Virus record (IMG/VR): IMGVR_UViG_3300036770_003386
Span: 84,139-121,851 of that record
DNA: 37,713 nucleotides
Reading direction: 5' to 3' (one strand)
Origin: a virus
The first letter of the stretch is position 1, and every line of letters begins with the position of its first letter. The position numbers and the translations under genes are program-made. The notes under the pieces are model-generated. The model searched no databases and was not told the origin of the DNA. It was given only the letters and a program-made list of their open reading frames with translations. Shown piece by piece: positions 14,824 through 22,894 of this stretch.

Positions 14824-15245
14824 CCGCTCTTCTCAAACAGGTACTCCAGATATAGTGTCTCTTCTTGCTCCCGTGCCTCTATTTCGTGTGGTTGATACCA
14901 ATATTCGTAATTTTCGACAGGTTCTTTACCATAACACATTTTTCCACGACGCATCCGCAGTGAACCATATACCCACTGCCTTAGATGTGTAAGTTCATGT
15001 AAAAGAGTTTTTATATAAGTTTCTTCATCCATATAAGTATCCAACTCAATCAAAAACTCACGAGGACGATAAGATTCTCCCACATAGTCACAATAACCTA
15101 CTACATTCTCACGCTTCAGACCACGATGAAGAATCTCCACCTCAATCTTATGGCGTGGAAGAAAACGATTTAAAAACCAAGAGGTAACATCCTCACAGAG
15201 GCGCTTGCGAAAACCATATCCAGAAGTGTAAATGATACTTTGCAT
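14766..15245 (-). CDS. Zincin-type metallopeptidase (HExxH)
   Basis: TLLHELTHLRQW and PHEIEA motifs; start at 15245 or 15263. Confidence 0.85.
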   Translation of the reverse strand: MQSIIYTSGYGFRKRLCEDVTSWFLNRFLPRHKIEVEILHRGLKRENVVGYCDYVGESYRPREFLIELDTYMDEETYIKTLLHELTHLRQWVYGSLRMRRGKMCYGKEPVENYEYWYQPHEIEAREQEETLYLEYLFEKSGWTDQQVAQWFPNRLMRAV

Positions 15246-15310
15246 GACCAATGAGTAAACCAAAGAAATGACGAGACAAAAATCAAACGATCAAAATTAC
15301 TGTACTTCAT
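15170..15310 (-). CDS. Small hydrophobic protein overlapping peptidase start (46 aa)
   Basis: Manual ORF MKYSNFDRLIFVSSFLWFTHW; starts 3 nt after upstream stop. Confidence 0.5.
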   Translation of the reverse strand: MKYSNFDRLIFVSSFLWFTHWSCKVSFTLLDMVFASASVRMLPLGF

Positions 15311-15313
15311 AAA

Positions 15314-15724
15314 TTAACAAGCAAATGTAAGGCCTCCAATGGCAGCACCAGCAGCAGTCGCCCAACCATAATTATCAGGATAGGCACTCGCAGCAGCACG
15401 ACCGATTGCACCACCAAGAACAGTTCCTAAAAGAGTTCTTGTAGGATTACAGTTTGGATTTGTTCGTCTTCCATAACCGCCATAACCATAACCACCGCCA
15501 CCATAATACTGATTAGTGGGTCTCCATCCTTGATTTACATTGTTGCAAGGAACATTATAGGTCTGAACACTTACACCACCAGGAACATAATTACCATACT
15601 GATCATATCCACCAGGTTGATAAACTTCCTGATTTTGAGTACAAACAGCGAACTGATTGACTTGCTGTGCCTGTACGGGAACAGAAAACAATGTAAGTGG
15701 AAGAATGAGAAGAAGTTGTTTCAT
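15314..15724 (-). CDS. Secreted/membrane glycine-zipper protein
   Basis: Signal peptide ending VQA; LLGTVLGGAIG...AAGAAIGG. Confidence 0.85.
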   Translation of the reverse strand: MKQLLLILPLTLFSVPVQAQQVNQFAVCTQNQEVYQPGGYDQYGNYVPGGVSVQTYNVPCNNVNQGWRPTNQYYGGGGYGYGGYGRRTNPNCNPTRTLLGTVLGGAIGRAAASAYPDNYGWATAAGAAIGGLTFAC

Positions 15725-15727
15725 TTT

Positions 15728-16183
15728 TCAGCGAGCGTAGAGGTATGAAGATGCCCAGTCAGCATTCTCAAGCAACCATTCACGATGCTCAATAATGCGG
15801 AGATCATAGCGAACACCCTTAGCAGGCGATTTCCAACTGGCACTTTTATAAATCTGACCAGTCTTCTTATCTATAAAGCAGTGGACGCTTCTGCTCCCAT
15901 TTGCATTCATAATAATTTTGTGATACTTGCGACCAGTCTCGGGATAGAACTCATAGTCACAAATGCCTTGCTTGAGTTTTTCAATACAAGTGAGATGATA
16001 ACATTCCTCAGCATCACTAATACCACCCAGACTTTCCAGAGAACGCTGATGTGAACGAATTGAATAGTTGATGTAGTTCTGACGCAGTGCTTCACAGAGA
16101 GCGTAAGTGTGACCCAGAACTGCAAGAGCAATGTTCTCTCGTGCTTCTTGCTGGGCAGCGTAGTCAGCGAAGATGGTGGTCAT
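15728..16183 (-). CDS. Conserved phage protein (GRKYHKI...SVHCFIDKKTG.IYKSASWKSPAKGVR)
   Basis: Widespread phage motif, function unknown. Confidence 0.9.
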   Translation of the reverse strand: MTTIFADYAAQQEARENIALAVLGHTYALCEALRQNYINYSIRSHQRSLESLGGISDAEECYHLTCIEKLKQGICDYEFYPETGRKYHKIIMNANGSRSVHCFIDKKTGQIYKSASWKSPAKGVRYDLRIIEHREWLLENADWASSYLYAR

Positions 16184-16206
16184 CTGTTTGCTTGTGAACT
16201 GAATGT

Positions 16207-16264
16207 ATTATAGGGCATTGTTCAAAGATCAGTGAAAGACAATGTGCCAGTTCAAAAAGTGGTT
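16207..16264 (-). promoter_or_regulatory. Palindrome-promoter module 14
   Basis: TGTGCCAGTTCAAAAAGTGG from 16243; -10 TATAAT; mom-like stop abuts. Confidence 0.85.
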
Positions 16265-16907
16265 ATTTTAATGGATAAATGAAGATATGTTTTCCTGGAG
16301 TCTCAATATATTTTGCTTCCCCAGATTCAAGAGCATCTTTAACTTTTTGAGCAAATGGTTTTAATCGTTTATTTCCTTTTGTATCTACATGATATGTGCG
16401 AATACATTTATCATGATATATTTTACCTTGATAATTAATTACTCTTCCTTTAGCAGTAAGTCCGTGATATTCAAAATTTGATGCTTTATAAATTGTACCT
16501 TGATGATTATGAAATGTATCGGCGTATGAAATCACTATTTTATAATTTGTATTTTTCTTTAACCATTTTAAAGTCTTGCCAATAAAATAGGATTCTGTAT
16601 TTCTTGGTGTATTATCAATACAACAAAGTCTACGAAGTTCTATAATTTCACTTTCAGAATTTACATACTTTTTCCATGTATTTGCCATTCCCAGAGGTCC
16701 ATAAATCATTGCACCAATAAGTTGGTTATTATAAAATAATCCAAAGACATGGGAAATTCGCAAACCATTAACATTTGATGAATAGTGCCAAGTTTCTACA
16801 AAATCTCTTACATATTGAATCGTAGTAAGTTTGACAACGAAATCCTTTACATTTGCATCCCTACAATCAATTTCTTCATAAAGTAGGAATGATAGTGGAT
16901 TCAACAT
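16263..16907 (-). CDS. Mom-like (GNAT-fold) DNA adenine-modifying enzyme
   Basis: WHYS, FGLF..GAMIYG, ELRRLCC.D..PRNTESYFI, ISYAD..HQGTIYKASNF.Y.G. Confidence 0.85.
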   Translation of the reverse strand: MLNPLSFLLYEEIDCRDANVKDFVVKLTTIQYVRDFVETWHYSSNVNGLRISHVFGLFYNNQLIGAMIYGPLGMANTWKKYVNSESEIIELRRLCCIDNTPRNTESYFIGKTLKWLKKNTNYKIVISYADTFHNHQGTIYKASNFEYHGLTAKGRVINYQGKIYHDKCIRTYHVDTKGNKRLKPFAQKVKDALESGEAKYIETPGKHIFIYPLK

Positions 16908-17430
16908 CGTAATATGTTTCTTGTATTACTTTAATTATTGTATCATAAACATCTGAATAATTCAAATCAATTTTTGACCAGAAAGAATTTCCACCAAGAT
17001 ATAGAATATTGTCTTTGTCATATTCATAGGATTTTCCAAGTGCCGTGACAAAAAATGGTTTAGTTCCATTTTTCTTTGTTGTATCAATTAACTTTTTAAT
17101 TGAGTCTTTTACATGTGTTCCTGTTTGAGTATTTTTATTTAATTTCATCTGACCTTCCCCAAATTCAGTGCGGAGATCAATATCAGAAATTTTTCTATTT
17201 TTGGTATCAGTGTTTATTACATTTTTTCCACATTTAGCAGCAACTTCTTGGAGTGAATATCCAAGACAAGTTGAAAATGTTCTTTCAAATGTACAAATAA
17301 CATTAAGTTTTGGAACTGCTGCTTTAATAATATTCAATTTTTTCTTATCTTCTTTAATATTTTTTTTAATTTTAGCAATAGTTTTGCTTTTAATCGGGAG
17401 AAGAATATTGTAAATTTGAGAATCAATCAT
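16876..17430 (-). CDS. Putative PD-(D/E)xK-fold restriction endonuclease
   Basis: FERTFSTCLG.SLQE, SDIDL, QMK.NKNT, GNSFW pattern reminiscent of Eco47II/TdeIII-type enzymes; by eye only. Confidence 0.6.
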   Translation of the reverse strand: MIDSQIYNILLPIKSKTIAKIKKNIKEDKKKLNIIKAAVPKLNVICTFERTFSTCLGYSLQEVAAKCGKNVINTDTKNRKISDIDLRTEFGEGQMKLNKNTQTGTHVKDSIKKLIDTTKKNGTKPFFVTALGKSYEYDKDNILYLGGNSFWSKIDLNYSDVYDTIIKVIQETYYDVESTIIPTL

Positions 17431-17474
17431 TTTTTTCTTTTTTGTGAGAAGAAAACCCACCAAGAAGCAGGTCA

Positions 17475-17494
17475 TGTGCCAGTTTCAATATTGG
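17475..17494 (-). repeat. Module 15: palindrome left arm without recognisable -10
   Basis: TGTGCCAGTTTCAATATTGG; stop at 17485 inside. Confidence 0.7.
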
Positions 17495-17637
17495 TTTTGT
17501 TTTTGTCTTTCAACTGCCTGGTCAAGTGCAAACTTTTGTATCAGTTGCACAGGGCCGTTGAATACTTGTGCAACAGTGGGAACACCAACTGTCGCAACAA
17601 TAATACCAAAGATAGTTCCAACAATGAAGTTAAACAT
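17485..17637 (-). CDS. Small membrane protein (50 aa, MFNFIVGTIFGIIVATVG)
   Basis: Manual ORF, TAATG coupling. Confidence 0.7.
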   Translation of the reverse strand: MFNFIVGTIFGIIVATVGVPTVAQVFNGPVQLIQKFALDQAVERQKQNQY

Positions 17638-18050
17638 TACTTTTTAACTGCAGGAGCTTGAATGTCAAAGGTAGGCACAGGAGCACCACCATTACTCGGA
17701 ACCATATAAACAGTTCGGTTGGTGTTCTCTTCACCTTGAGTAATCCACAAATACTGAAGATAGGCAGGATTACCTTTCAGACTATCACCGATGATTTGGT
17801 TTGCTTTGGCAACACCTTGCGCACGAATCACCTCAGCATCAGCAAGTTGTTGTGCAGAATCTTTCTTGGCTTGTGCTTCAAGAACTGCAACTTGACGAGT
17901 ATATTCTGCCTTCTGAAGTTCTGCTTTACCTTGCAGAGATTGTGCCCACACATTGTAGAGCGGACCAACCACAGCGTTGATAATAAACAGAGAAAGAATA
18001 AAAGAAACGCCAATGATACTGGCATTACGAAGTGTGTTGTCTTGTGTCAT
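17637..18050 (-). CDS. Membrane-anchored protein resembling SPFH/band-7 coiled-coil tail
   Basis: TM helix, AE..RAQGVAKANQIIGDSL..YLQY.WI. Confidence 0.75.
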   Translation of the reverse strand: MTQDNTLRNASIIGVSFILSLFIINAVVGPLYNVWAQSLQGKAELQKAEYTRQVAVLEAQAKKDSAQQLADAEVIRAQGVAKANQIIGDSLKGNPAYLQYLWITQGEENTNRTVYMVPSNGGAPVPTFDIQAPAVKK

Positions 18051-18069
18051 AATTTACCTCAAATAAAGT

Positions 18070-18498
18070 TCAGGGAGTAATCCAATCATAACTACCAGGA
18101 GTTTCTACACTCTCAGACCCATCATACTCATCAATACGATAAGGACCAGAGACTTCAGCAATAGCAAGTTTAGCACACATTCCGTTTGCTTTGTCACCCA
18201 GTTCTTCTACAACTTGAACAAGAATAGGATCGTGACGGGAAATATTATGGTCACTCCAAGTTTGTTTGGAATACTGTTCGTTAAAAGCAATACGTTCTTC
18301 TAATGGCAAAGAATGCCAATCTTTTGGTCTTGTAAGACGTTCTTCTGGTGAAACCAACCAAACAGTGAACATATCCATGAAGTCACCATCTTCAATCCAA
18401 ACTTCTTTGCCTTGAAGTTCCCAGTAACGCTTACATGCTTCACGGGACAAATTGAACCCACCGTAGCAGGCATTATATACTACTTTAGACATGATCAA
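18070..18498 (-). CDS. Conserved phage protein (VYNACYGGF...RHDPILVQVVEELG...EYDGSE)
   Basis: Widespread phage motif, function unknown. Confidence 0.9.
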   Translation of the reverse strand: MIMSKVVYNACYGGFNLSREACKRYWELQGKEVWIEDGDFMDMFTVWLVSPEERLTRPKDWHSLPLEERIAFNEQYSKQTWSDHNISRHDPILVQVVEELGDKANGMCAKLAIAEVSGPYRIDEYDGSESVETPGSYDWITP

Positions 18499-18980
18499 AG
18501 TTTGAATGGAGAAACAATAATACGAGGTTCAACATAAACAGGGCGGGTTTTGCCACTGCCAGAAGGATCAGAACACATCACCCAAGTACCTTCTGCACTG
18601 GAAGGAGAGAACAAACCATTAGGATCTGCTTGAGGAAGAGTTGTACCAGTGTATTCATACTTCTCTGGATTGGTATATTGTGTGGCAGCAGGAAGACCAT
18701 AACCAATAGAGTTACACAGAAACACTGGACGACCAGTAGTTTCGGGAACAGTGTAAGTATAAGTCACCAGACCATCCTGATCACGCATTTCAATAATCTG
18801 CTTCAGCAATTTACGTTCACGGAAGTTCTTGATGGCAGGCATACCAGTTTGAGCATTACCTTCTTTGAGGATGCGTTCTTGTTGCACTCGTTGCTTATCA
18901 TCAGAATCTCCATATTCATCACACCCAACAAGAGTTACACTCAGAAGTGCGATTGAAGCAAGAGCAATAAAAGGTTTCAT
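18495..18980 (-). CDS. Lipoprotein
   Basis: Signal peptide with lipobox LVGC. Confidence 0.85.
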   Translation of the reverse strand: MKPFIALASIALLSVTLVGCDEYGDSDDKQRVQQERILKEGNAQTGMPAIKNFRERKLLKQIIEMRDQDGLVTYTYTVPETTGRPVFLCNSIGYGLPAATQYTNPEKYEYTGTTLPQADPNGLFSPSSAEGTWVMCSDPSGSGKTRPVYVEPRIIVSPFKL

Positions 18981-18982
18981 AA

Positions 18983-19300
18983 TCAGTTAGGAAGATTGGA
19001 GATAAATGATTGGAGGTCGGTAGGCATAGCATCAGCAGGAACTTCTACGGCACGATGACGAATTATATCGGCAAGTGCTTTCTTATGTTCAGGATCTGCT
19101 TTGATGTATTCAAACTGCATATTTTGCAATTCTTGAACAGCACCAGTTCGGAAGGACTTTGACTGTTCAAAAGTATTCCTACGAACATTTTCATACTTAG
19201 GAGCAAAGAATGAAGTGAAGATCAGTTCATGGTAGGCGATGCCCCAAGTTAGAGCACCGATACCAATTACACCACCAAAGATAGCAAGAATAGGTTTCAT
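18983..19300 (-). CDS. Membrane-anchored protein
   Basis: N-terminal TM; ENVRRNTFEQSKSF. Confidence 0.85.
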   Translation of the reverse strand: MKPILAIFGGVIGIGALTWGIAYHELIFTSFFAPKYENVRRNTFEQSKSFRTGAVQELQNMQFEYIKADPEHKKALADIIRHRAVEVPADAMPTDLQSFISNLPN

Positions 19301-19485
19301 TTAGAAGATGCGTTAGATTTGAAAATAGCATTAGCAAGGAAGATAATAGCAAAGTTCTGCCAGAAGGTCAATGATACACCAAACCATGACAGAATCAGTC
19401 CAAGCAACCATGCTTCAAAAAGAAGTCCAACAGTTGCAAGGACAATCACACCGAAAGCAAGACCAAAGAAAGTAGAAGTTTTCAT
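19297..19485 (-). CDS. Small two-helix membrane protein
   Basis: Almost wholly hydrophobic. Confidence 0.8.
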   Translation of the reverse strand: MKTSTFFGLAFGVIVLATVGLLFEAWLLGLILSWFGVSLTFWQNFAIIFLANAIFKSNASSK

Positions 19486-19488
19486 AGT

Positions 19489-19896
19489 TCAAACAGCAAG
19501 GGCACCAGAGGGGATTTCGACAATTTCGGGATACTTGCTCCCGAACTCATTACGATTATAGCACACCCACTCACCATTCAGGGTGTAAAGATAGGCATAT
19601 TCTTCACCTTCTGCAAGATAATCGTATTTGTTTGCATCAAGACGAGGAGGACAATCTTCACCCCGATAGGAGTAGTAGTTAGCACCATATTGGGTTTTCT
19701 GATCGGACCCGAACACTTCATCAGTCCAGGCACAAGACATATCACCACCATCAATCAGTTCGGCGGCAAGTTCTTTGCTATTGTAGTGCGTCTTCAGGAT
19801 GCGACCCAACCATTCAGGATAGGAATCCCAGTGATGATAGCTGCTCAGAACACTTCCATCAGAAAGTTCGATTCCGATTCTTCCGCGAGTTGCCAT
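19489..19896 (-). CDS. Conserved phage protein, paralog of 6675..7142
   Basis: MATRGRIGIEL..YHHWDSY, LIDGGDMS, EEYAYLY. Confidence 0.9.
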   Translation of the reverse strand: MATRGRIGIELSDGSVLSSYHHWDSYPEWLGRILKTHYNSKELAAELIDGGDMSCAWTDEVFGSDQKTQYGANYYSYRGEDCPPRLDANKYDYLAEGEEYAYLYTLNGEWVCYNRNEFGSKYPEIVEIPSGALAV

Positions 19897-19921
19897 TGAG
19901 GTGTCTGTCGATTACCCACAT

Positions 19922-19979
19922 ATTATAAGGGGTCCCCAGTGCCCTGAGAACCCCCTGTGTGCCAGTTTATCAACTGTCC
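19922..19979 (-). promoter_or_regulatory. Palindrome-promoter module 16
   Basis: TGTGCCAGTTTATCAACTGTCC 19958-19979; -10 TATAAT; cp12 stop abuts. Confidence 0.9.
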
Positions 19980-20192
19980 TCAATCATCATAACAACGACA
20001 CTCTAATGCACCAGGATGAGCATCACAAAAAAGTTCCAATGGTGTAGGATCGTGAGTATCTTTAGGATGATTTACTTTATAAGACTCTAGTGCTTCTAAT
20101 TCTTCTTCTGTGTGTCTTCTTGCTTGAGGTGAGGTTTGTGGATTATCCAGAATTTCCTTATCCTTCTGGATGTGTTGGTCGATTGTATCCAT
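19980..20192 (-). CDS. cp12: CP12 Calvin-cycle inhibitor (auxiliary metabolic gene)
   Basis: RHTEEELEAL and PTPLELFCDAHPGALECRCYDD C-terminus. Confidence 0.92.
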   Translation of the reverse strand: MDTIDQHIQKDKEILDNPQTSPQARRHTEEELEALESYKVNHPKDTHDPTPLELFCDAHPGALECRCYDD

Positions 20193-20213
20193 TGTTTTGT
20201 ATCGTGATGATAA

Positions 20214-20221
20214 TATTTATT
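20214..20221 (-). promoter_or_regulatory. Late promoter for cp12
   Basis: AATAAATA 21 nt upstream of ATG. Confidence 0.65.
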
Positions 20222-20431
20222 TTATTGAGGTGTGCTATCACCTTTTCCTTCAAGAGATCTCACAAACAGTTCAGTAAACAATTCCATTTTTTGTGGGCAA
20301 ACTGTAGCAGGATTATCATTAATCGCATTTTTAAGAGCAACCAATTCATTCCATTCTTCTGTGCTGAGTTCTTTTGTTCCAGTTTTTGCGAGAGTCATAA
20401 GTTTCCTGCGATGTGTCCCAAATGTTAGCAT
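20222..20431 (-). CDS. Hypothetical protein (start may be internal MTLAK)
   Basis: ORF track. Confidence 0.7.
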   Translation of the reverse strand: MLTFGTHRRKLMTLAKTGTKELSTEEWNELVALKNAINDNPATVCPQKMELFTELFVRSLEGKGDSTPQ

Positions 20432-20477
20432 TCTAACATATTATTAGTTATAATTTTAACAATTTCTTTGGGATCAT

Positions 20478-20876
20478 TTAATCTTTCTTCATAAAATCTT
20501 CAAGGGCATCAAGATCATCTTTGAGTTCTTTCTCTTGCTTCTGATCGTGATAATAAGACCAGAGTGAATTATGAACGGTCATCAATTCACTAATCCAAAA
20601 CCCAGCAGGATAGATTCCCAGAGCATCTTGCAATCCTCTGTGAGATGTTCCTTCTTGTTCTGCCTTACACATAATATAACAAATTGCCTGAACCATATCA
20701 AGTTTGTCTGATTCAGGAAGCATAAAATACTTTCCTACTGCTTTTTCTAGACTTTCTTGATGTACCTTCTGCATTTCCTTATAAGCATCAGAACTCCACC
20801 ATTCTTTCAAACTATCTCCAAGAGTGTTTGGTTTATTGAGTTCTTCTGAATTCACTACTGGTTTTTCTTCTGTCAT
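20478..20876 (-). CDS. Hypothetical protein
   Basis: Start reassigned to ATG 20876 (GGAG upstream, avoids overlap). Confidence 0.8.
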   Translation of the reverse strand: MTEEKPVVNSEELNKPNTLGDSLKEWWSSDAYKEMQKVHQESLEKAVGKYFMLPESDKLDMVQAICYIMCKAEQEGTSHRGLQDALGIYPAGFWISELMTVHNSLWSYYHDQKQEKELKDDLDALEDFMKKD

Positions 20877-20880
20877 TGTG

Positions 20881-21105
20881 TTAATCTCCAAACATTGTCC
20901 CAAAAAATCCAGCGTCTCCTGGTTTACGATTCTCAAGTTTATCTAGAATCGCATCAGTACTTTGTAGTGACTCAATACGACTGATAAGGTCTGCTATAAC
21001 TGAGCATACCATTGGTCGTTCTTGACGAGCAGCGAAAGAAAGTGCGTTACGAAGACTTTGTTCCGCTTCTTTAAGTGATTCTTCAACTGATTTTGATAAC
21101 GCCAT
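20881..21105 (-). CDS. Hypothetical cyanophage protein (LRNALSFAARQERP)
   Basis: ORF track. Confidence 0.85.
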   Translation of the reverse strand: MALSKSVEESLKEAEQSLRNALSFAARQERPMVCSVIADLISRIESLQSTDAILDKLENRKPGDAGFFGTMFGD

Positions 21106-21107
21106 AA

Positions 21108-21623
21108 TTAAACTTTTTTAAGAATAAACGATCCGTCCAAATTATCTATCCATTCAACTTTGTCTCCTTCTTTTAAATTTGCTGCTTCTAGAAGATCTTC
21201 TGGAAAAGTAACAAAATATTCACCATTTACTTCTTCCTCCTCAACAGGTAGAATCCACTTTACGACTTTATCTTTCTTTTGATTTGCAATTTGATACTCC
21301 AAATCACTATGCCCCCAAGGTCTCATACCATCATCAGTTTCTTCCCAGAAAGAAGTCCAAGCACCTTTACATTCTGGTGATGGGTCATCTTTCGCACAAG
21401 ACTTTTGTGCTTTTTCTGCAACTGGACGATGACCACTCAACAGTTCCAGAAGTCCAGAAGCACGACTAATACGATCCTTATGATAATAATAATCTTCACG
21501 AACTGCTTCACGGATAGCAGAATAGATTTCGTGTGGTGAAGCATCTCCACTCATCGCATCGTGAACCCACTCCTGTAACTTTTCGAGTGAGTATTTTTTA
21601 TAATCAAAGTCAGTCATTTTCAT
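21108..21623 (-). CDS. Protein with C-terminal AbrB/MazE/SpoVT-like DNA-binding domain
   Basis: EYFVTFPEDLLEAANLKEGDKVEWIDNLDGSFILKK. Confidence 0.8.
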   Translation of the reverse strand: MKMTDFDYKKYSLEKLQEWVHDAMSGDASPHEIYSAIREAVREDYYYHKDRISRASGLLELLSGHRPVAEKAQKSCAKDDPSPECKGAWTSFWEETDDGMRPWGHSDLEYQIANQKKDKVVKWILPVEEEEVNGEYFVTFPEDLLEAANLKEGDKVEWIDNLDGSFILKKV

Positions 21624-21789
21624 AGTCCTTGATTGCTTGCTCTATTATAACCTGAATCTCCTTTGAGGTCAACCCATTCAACCAGGACCAATTTGGGTCT
21701 TGTTTGTCCCATTCTGCTGTATAAGACCCATCAGCATTTTGTATGATACGAAAACTATCAGTCTCTTGGTTTGGGTTTGTTGCACTCAT
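21610..21789 (-). CDS. Small hypothetical protein (59 aa, DGSYTAEWDKQDPNW)
   Basis: Manual ORF; resembles 23986..24159. Confidence 0.7.
   Translation of the reverse strand: MSATNPNQETDSFRIIQNADGSYTAEWDKQDPNWSWLNGLTSKEIQVIIEQAIKDYEND
21644..21672 (-). promoter_or_regulatory. sigma70 promoter embedded in ORF
   Basis: TTGACC-17-TATAAT. Confidence 0.75.
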
Positions 21790-22078
21790 TACAATAATAT
21801 GAATAACCGTGTTTGAATGATTTTACCACCTGATAATGCTCTGAGTCAAGTGGTTTTGTTTCACCACATTTAGAACAAACTCTACTTGTTGTCGTATCCG
21901 AGTTGCTACCAATCTGCCTTCTCAATCTTACGGAGTTTCTTAAGTTCTTTGTAAAGTTCCTTGATTTGCTGATAAGCGTCTTCTGGTGAGATCTTATCCG
22001 CGATTTCAAGTCCTGCAATGAGGGCGACTTTATCACCAAAACGAGCAAGGGATCGTTCAAATTCGGTGAGGGTTTCAT
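21758..22078 (-). CDS. Zn-finger protein (CSKC...CNEC); start uncertain
   Basis: Clear C4 motif in last 45 aa; 5' part overlaps another ORF. Confidence 0.55.
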   Translation of the reverse strand: MKPSPNLNDPLLVLVIKSPSLQDLKSRIRSHQKTLISKSRNFTKNLRNSVRLRRQIGSNSDTTTSRVCSKCGETKPLDSEHYQVVKSFKHGYSYYCNECNKPKPRD

Positions 22079-22082
22079 ACAT
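21906..22082 (-). CDS. Small helical cyanobacterial/cyanophage protein (58 aa, FGDKVALIAGLEIADKISPEDAYQQIK)
   Basis: Manual ORF with natural amphipathic composition. Confidence 0.75.
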   Translation of the reverse strand: MYETLTEFERSLARFGDKVALIAGLEIADKISPEDAYQQIKELYKELKKLRKIEKADW

Positions 22083-22341
22083 CGTAGTTAATTTTACAGT
22101 GCTCTGTAATAATATCTATGCGTGCATCAACGGCATCAACCGAATTCATAATTTCATAAAGAACATTTGTAGTCTCAATGTTTTCTTCTTCAAGTCTCTT
22201 AATATCCAAAAGTGCTCCTGAATACTTTTCTTGAAGTTCCTTTACTGCAATTTCTAATTGTGAGAGACGATCATAAACATCATCCATCGGAACTTCATCC
22301 AATCTACCCCACTTTTTTTGAAACCAATTTGGGTCCATCAT
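22075..22341 (-). CDS. Coiled-coil hypothetical protein (LEEENIETTNVLYE)
   Basis: ORF track. Confidence 0.85.
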   Translation of the reverse strand: MMDPNWFQKKWGRLDEVPMDDVYDRLSQLEIAVKELQEKYSGALLDIKRLEEENIETTNVLYEIMNSVDAVDARIDIITEHCKINYDV

Positions 22342-22475
22342 AATACACCAATTTCCCTCAAATAGTTATTGTACCTTATAAAAGATTGAATACGAATAGG
22401 AACACCTAGACTTTCACAACACCTACAATATGAAACGAATTCGTACCAGGGACTTGTAGGATCTGTATCACTCAT
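22338..22475 (-). CDS. Small hypothetical protein (45 aa, MSDTDPTSPWYEFVSYCRCCESL)
   Basis: Manual ORF, ATGA coupling both sides. Confidence 0.75.
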   Translation of the reverse strand: MSDTDPTSPWYEFVSYCRCCESLGVPIRIQSFIRYNNYLREIGVL

Positions 22476-22684
22476 AGTTTGCCTCCCACGACACCTTCGT
22501 GAGTTTTTTCGGGTTCAGTGAAACCTTCTTGAAGTGATTTAAGAAACCATCGCGTAGCACTTATACAAGAGTCTTGTGTTAAAGAAGTGATAATACATTT
22601 ATCCTCTTTATCATAAGAATCCCAAGTTCCCCACTTTTGCTCTACAACATAAAAAGCATCATCAATCAGTGTTTTTTCAGTCAT
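22472..22684 (-). CDS. Hypothetical protein (ends GVVGGKL)
   Basis: ORF track. Confidence 0.85.
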   Translation of the reverse strand: MTEKTLIDDAFYVVEQKWGTWDSYDKEDKCIITSLTQDSCISATRWFLKSLQEGFTEPEKTHEGVVGGKL

Positions 22685-22847
22685 ATTTGGAACTCAGTTT
22701 GTAATCTTTCTTTTTCAGTTTGTAGCGGTCAATGTGTTGCTGGCGATGTGCTTCTGTTTGGAAGTAACATTTACGGGTTTCTTTGCCGTCTTTATGAACT
22801 AATTTGTAAGGAAATTGGTCAAAAGGAAATTCTTCCGTGTGTTCCAT
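22677..22847 (-). CDS. Hypothetical protein (EEFPFDQFP...CYFQ)
   Basis: Start probably ATG 22847. Confidence 0.75.
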   Translation of the reverse strand: MEHTEEFPFDQFPYKLVHKDGKETRKCYFQTEAHRQQHIDRYKLKKKDYKLSSKYD

Positions 22848-22894
22848 AATATTGGTGAGTGATGTGTGTAGTATAAGACAAGATTGCTTAAAAG

